37,753 nucleotides of DNA. Origin: an uncultured virus (IMG/VR IMGVR_UViG_3300044805_000534) (Duplodnaviria; Heunggongvirae; Uroviricota; Caudoviricetes). Position numbers and translations under genes: made by a program. The number at the start of each line of letters is the position of its first letter. Position 1 is the first letter of the stretch. This document shows, in pieces, positions 34,614-37,753 of this stretch. The notes below the pieces were generated by a model, which saw nothing but the letters and a program-made list of their open reading frames with translations, did no database searches and was not told the DNA's origin. The DNA is taken from IMG/VR virus record IMGVR_UViG_3300044805_000534. One strand, written 5' to 3'.

Positions 34614-34634
34614 TATTTATTATCCGGATAAATA
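34614..34634. promoter_or_regulatory. Back-to-back T4-like late promoter boxes
   Basis: AATAAATA (minus, 34614-34621) and GATAAATA (plus, 34627-34634) between divergent genes. Confidence 0.7.
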
Positions 34635-34657
34635 ATAAGAAAAGAGTTCTACTCTAT

Positions 34658-35080
34658 ATGAAGGCAAAATCATTTAGTCAATTTATTACCGAAGACCACA
34701 ACGATGATGCACAACAACATCAGGTTTATCGCAGACTACAGGGGCTTGGACTTGCTGACTCTCCACTTGAAGGATTGGAGAAGATGTTGATACAGCGCCG
34801 CTGGAAATGGGAAAAGGTTGATAGCGACCGCACCTTTGCAATTGAGCTAACCCGATGGGAAGCTGAGTCGACCTATCTGTCGCGAATGGGTGCGCGCCAC
34901 CAAAAGAAATATCCTAATGTCTACTATTTTAGTGTAACTGATCTAGGTGCCGAGCCCAATCAGGTTCGAATCCTGTGGTATTCAAGTAAAGACTCTGTTA
35001 AGGAGGTGCAGGTTGCCGCAGAGCCAGAGGTAATAGTACGCAAGATTGAACAATTATTTGGTGAACGCAGTGCAGATTAA
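34658..35080 (+). CDS. Putative head-packaged protein
   Basis: Leader MKAKSFSQFITE; RLQGLGL motif. Confidence 0.8.
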   Translation: MKAKSFSQFITEDHNDDAQQHQVYRRLQGLGLADSPLEGLEKMLIQRRWKWEKVDSDRTFAIELTRWEAESTYLSRMGARHQKKYPNVYYFSVTDLGAEPNQVRILWYSSKDSVKEVQVAAEPEVIVRKIEQLFGERSAD

Positions 35081-35507
35081 CAGAGCCAACATATCAGAAG
35101 CATTTTCATTTGGGGCATGGCAGCGACTACAGGATCTGGGCCTAAGCGAAGAAGGTATTGTTGCAAAGCGTATTGAACTATATCGCAAGCTGGTAAGTCA
35201 GGTTGTAGATCCAGAAGAATTTAAAAGGGTTCTAGTTGAACTTGGTCTCGCTATTATTAAGGTTAACGTTACCCGCAATAAAGGCTATGCTATGCACCAA
35301 TCGGTTGCCATTGCTGGGCCAGAAGAGGCGTTTGAAGAATTAGATAGGTGGTGGCATAGTCAAACTGGTCGAGACTGTCCACTATACCTGCACCTTGAGC
35401 CTCACCATGCAAATAGCCCGCTGGTTAGGGATCGTTGGGAAAGGGCAGTTTCAAGCGGAACCCCATTTACAGTTGGTGCGCTTAGCGACCATGCTGCAAA
35501 ATTATAA
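35046..35507 (+). CDS. Putative head-packaged protein (start uncertain, maybe GTG 35070)
   Basis: NISE|A then RLQDLGL and VLVELGL motifs. Confidence 0.7.
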   Translation: MNNYLVNAVQINRANISEAFSFGAWQRLQDLGLSEEGIVAKRIELYRKLVSQVVDPEEFKRVLVELGLAIIKVNVTRNKGYAMHQSVAIAGPEEAFEELDRWWHSQTGRDCPLYLHLEPHHANSPLVRDRWERAVSSGTPFTVGALSDHAAKL

Positions 35508-35516
35508 TTAAGTACT

Positions 35517-36392
35517 ATGAAAAAATTAATACTATTAACCCTATTGGTCCTAACCTGCTTTACTGCCACTTCACAAGTTGCGCAAGATACGGTTAAGCTT
35601 ACTCCGCAAGAACTATTTGAATTTAATTCAGAGTGGTTGAGCTTGGGCACAACACAGTCCTATATTGATTTTTCAAAGGATGTCCTAAATACATCAGATC
35701 TTTCGCTTGGTATAGTTGGTCGTAAGGTTTCAACTACCCTCAACTTGACCCTTAACAGGGCGTCAACTAGTGGTAAGTGGAGCCATGCTGGTATACTATC
35801 CATAAATCCAGGTTGGAAATATTATGGTGTAGGTTATGGCCTTACCCGAAAGCGGGCCAATCGCAGCACAACTTTACAAGTAGTTGGTTCGGCCGACTTT
35901 GATTTTCAGAAAAATATTAACATTTCGCTAATCGATATGGTTAAAACCCGCCGCTTTGGTAACTTTGGTTATAACCTAACTGCAAGCCAAACCTGGTGGG
36001 GTGAGTGGCAAGGCCCATGGCAAGGTGAATACACAGTAGATTCGCTAGGCAATTGGGTTGCTAACATCTATCCAACGATGCCACCTTCTAGACAGCTAAC
36101 AACCCGTGCGATGATTGTCTATTCCTATCCGGTTAAATTAAGACGTGTCACCATTTCGCCACAGCTTATTTTAGTTAGTGATATTCATAAATCATTTAGC
36201 GATGGCACCCTTAAAATTAGCTATATTTCAGATTTTAATCTTGATGCCTATTATGGGCTGCAGGCTGACTGGAAAATAGGCAAGCACTTTATCTTAAATA
36301 GCGGTCTTAGATTTAATAGCACAATTGAAAAAAACAGTCAAGGTTTTAAAAAGAGTAATCCAATTCTTTTTTCAATCGGCACCGGCTTCTAG
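35517..36392 (+). CDS. Putative outer-membrane beta-barrel protein
   Basis: Signal peptide, amphipathic strands, C-terminal FSIGTGF. Confidence 0.7.
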   Translation: MKKLILLTLLVLTCFTATSQVAQDTVKLTPQELFEFNSEWLSLGTTQSYIDFSKDVLNTSDLSLGIVGRKVSTTLNLTLNRASTSGKWSHAGILSINPGWKYYGVGYGLTRKRANRSTTLQVVGSADFDFQKNINISLIDMVKTRRFGNFGYNLTASQTWWGEWQGPWQGEYTVDSLGNWVANIYPTMPPSRQLTTRAMIVYSYPVKLRRVTISPQLILVSDIHKSFSDGTLKISYISDFNLDAYYGLQADWKIGKHFILNSGLRFNSTIEKNSQGFKKSNPILFSIGTGF

Positions 36393-36401
36393 AAATAAAT
36401 A

Positions 36402-36746
36402 ATGTATATGAAACACGTATCAAACTTTGGAGGCTGGAAAGCCGAAAATAATATTAATGAAAGCTTGATTCTTACTATTCAAGCTGGTATTGTACTTGGT
36501 CTACTTGGTATAAAGGGCCTTATGATGATTGTACGCAAGGTTGCGCAAAAGGTTGGTGAAGGGGTTGAACTGCCTAAAGCTGAACTAAAATCCCTAGTTG
36601 ATGACATTATCTCCGATATTAAAAAGGCAGATAAGGGTAACTCATCATTTGCTGAATTAGAACGCGAACTAAAAAAGAGGATTGATGGTGGTGAAATTAC
36701 CAAAGCCAAAGATATTATTCCTGTAATTAAAGAATTTACTAAATGA
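36402..36746 (+). CDS. Putative head-packaged protein with one hydrophobic helix
   Basis: Leader MKHVSNF...INE; AATAAATA at 36394-36401. Confidence 0.75.
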   Translation: MYMKHVSNFGGWKAENNINESLILTIQAGIVLGLLGIKGLMMIVRKVAQKVGEGVELPKAELKSLVDDIISDIKKADKGNSSFAELERELKKRIDGGEITKAKDIIPVIKEFTK

Positions 36747-37576
36747 AACACTTAATGCTCTATGAAGAGTGGTGTGCAGCTGGTAAGTTAGACACCGATT
36801 CATATCAAATAGACGAACAGCTTTCTGATATCCTACATTTTGTTGGTGATGTTGCAGCTGCCGTGGCCGATGTAGTCGTACCTGGTTCGGGCGCTGTACT
36901 TGATGTTATTAATATGCTTTCCTATTGGGTGCAGGCTCATCTAGCAACAGACGGTCTTGACAAAACCAAATACATACTTAGTGGTATAATTCAGGCATTT
37001 GCTATATTTGATCCAATTAATGCGCTTAGTACAATACTTAAAACTGGTCTTAACAAGGTAATTGCCGCAATCGCAACCAAGAGCCCAGCCACACTTGCTG
37101 CCGCCAGGATTGCAGCACGCCAAGTTGCAGATGGCCTAACTACACTGCTAGGAGCCTTAACTGGCTTTGCAACCAAAATGATAACTGGGCTAAGTGGTTC
37201 AAAATTTGGCTCAGCTGTTGCATGGCTAAGTACAAAATTAGGCATGACTAATGTACTTGCCTGGCTAAAGACTTTTATTACCCAAACTGCGCCAACTTAT
37301 ATTAAACAGTTTCTAACCCGAATCCGCGATACATTTAATCCAGCTCAAGCTGGTGCAAATACTGCTGCAACTGAATTTAATCAGGTACTAAGCCGAAATA
37401 TTGCAAAGACAGTTGTTAACTATGGTGCAGCTAATGCTATTCACCAAAAGGTATCAACCTTTGCTCAAAACTGGAATAGTTCAATCCAAAATATTAAGAA
37501 CTATCCAGATCCAAGAATTATGGCTAGGGACAATACTTATGTTGCTCAAAACCACAGACTACCTGGTTTAAACTAG
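36743..37576 (+). CDS. Putative head-packaged hydrophobic helical protein
   Basis: Leader MKHLMLYEEW; long Ala/Gly/Leu helices. Confidence 0.8.
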   Translation: MKHLMLYEEWCAAGKLDTDSYQIDEQLSDILHFVGDVAAAVADVVVPGSGAVLDVINMLSYWVQAHLATDGLDKTKYILSGIIQAFAIFDPINALSTILKTGLNKVIAAIATKSPATLAAARIAARQVADGLTTLLGALTGFATKMITGLSGSKFGSAVAWLSTKLGMTNVLAWLKTFITQTAPTYIKQFLTRIRDTFNPAQAGANTAATEFNQVLSRNIAKTVVNYGAANAIHQKVSTFAQNWNSSIQNIKNYPDPRIMARDNTYVAQNHRLPGLN

Positions 37577-37639
37577 ACTTAATCCAAATTCATGGTATCT
37601 AGTACAAGATAAATAATTACAAATAAACATTATCTTAAA

Positions 37640-37753
37640 ATGTCTACAATTAAATCATTTGAATCCTTTGTTAATGAAGGTCTAACCAATCAATACCTAA
37701 CTCAACTTAATGAGGGGTTTGAAAAAGATAGCTATACATATCGCACAGAATCT
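37640..37753 (+). CDS. Partial CDS (runs off the window), putative head-packaged protein
   Basis: MSTIKSFESFVNEG...LNEG; GATAAATA at 37608-37615. Confidence 0.75.
   Translation, partial: MSTIKSFESFVNEGLTNQYLTQLNEGFEKDSYTYRTES

Noticed and set aside
35046..35080. Programmed frameshift joining 34658-35080 and 35046-35507
   Set aside because: No clear slippery heptamer; an in-frame GTG at 35070 explains the overlap.
636..37245. Many short antisense or shadow ORFs in the track (e.g. 636-878, 6826-7107, 17887-18210, 31758-32081, 36479-36751)
   Set aside because: They lie opposite well-supported genes and lack promoters or leaders.
1..37753. Stop-codon reassignment, tRNA or rRNA genes
   Set aside because: Genes tile densely in the standard code with TAA, TAG and TGA all used as stops; no cloverleaf or extended rRNA homology was seen by eye.

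Overview
AT-rich, gene-dense segment of what appears to be a large (jumbo-type, T4-like late transcription) phage, probably of a Bacteroidota host. Host inference: SD-less A-rich leaders, TATATTTA/TATATTAG '-7'-like promoter boxes and a Bacteroidota-type sigma factor. No capsid, terminase, tRNA, rRNA or CRISPR genes were recognised. The window has three parts. (1) 1-16.9 kb and 34-37.7 kb: late genes behind (G/A/T)ATAAATA boxes, about 17 of which begin with a T4 capsid-targeting-like leader (MK..F..FINE), mixed with other genes (HDAC-family deacetylase, amidase, HExxH peptidases, outer-membrane barrel). (2) 17.35-32.2 kb: an all-plus-strand early module of about 38 mostly small genes (sigma70, Hsp20, RadA-like ATPase, DUF932-like), driven by about 19 copies of a repeated promoter, 12 of which carry a helically phased DnaA-box-like element. 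(3) Two GC-rich, mostly non-coding islands bracket that module: a phased CCWGG array on the left, and an ACTCCGTAGT repeat array plus a lone IS607-type serine recombinase on the right. The most unusual candidate is a ~90-nt structured 3'-UTR element (4904-4993). Its minus-strand RNA carries two arms, in permuted order, complementary to the conserved 23S rRNA helix 69-71 region. All family assignments come from reading motifs by eye; no searches were run.
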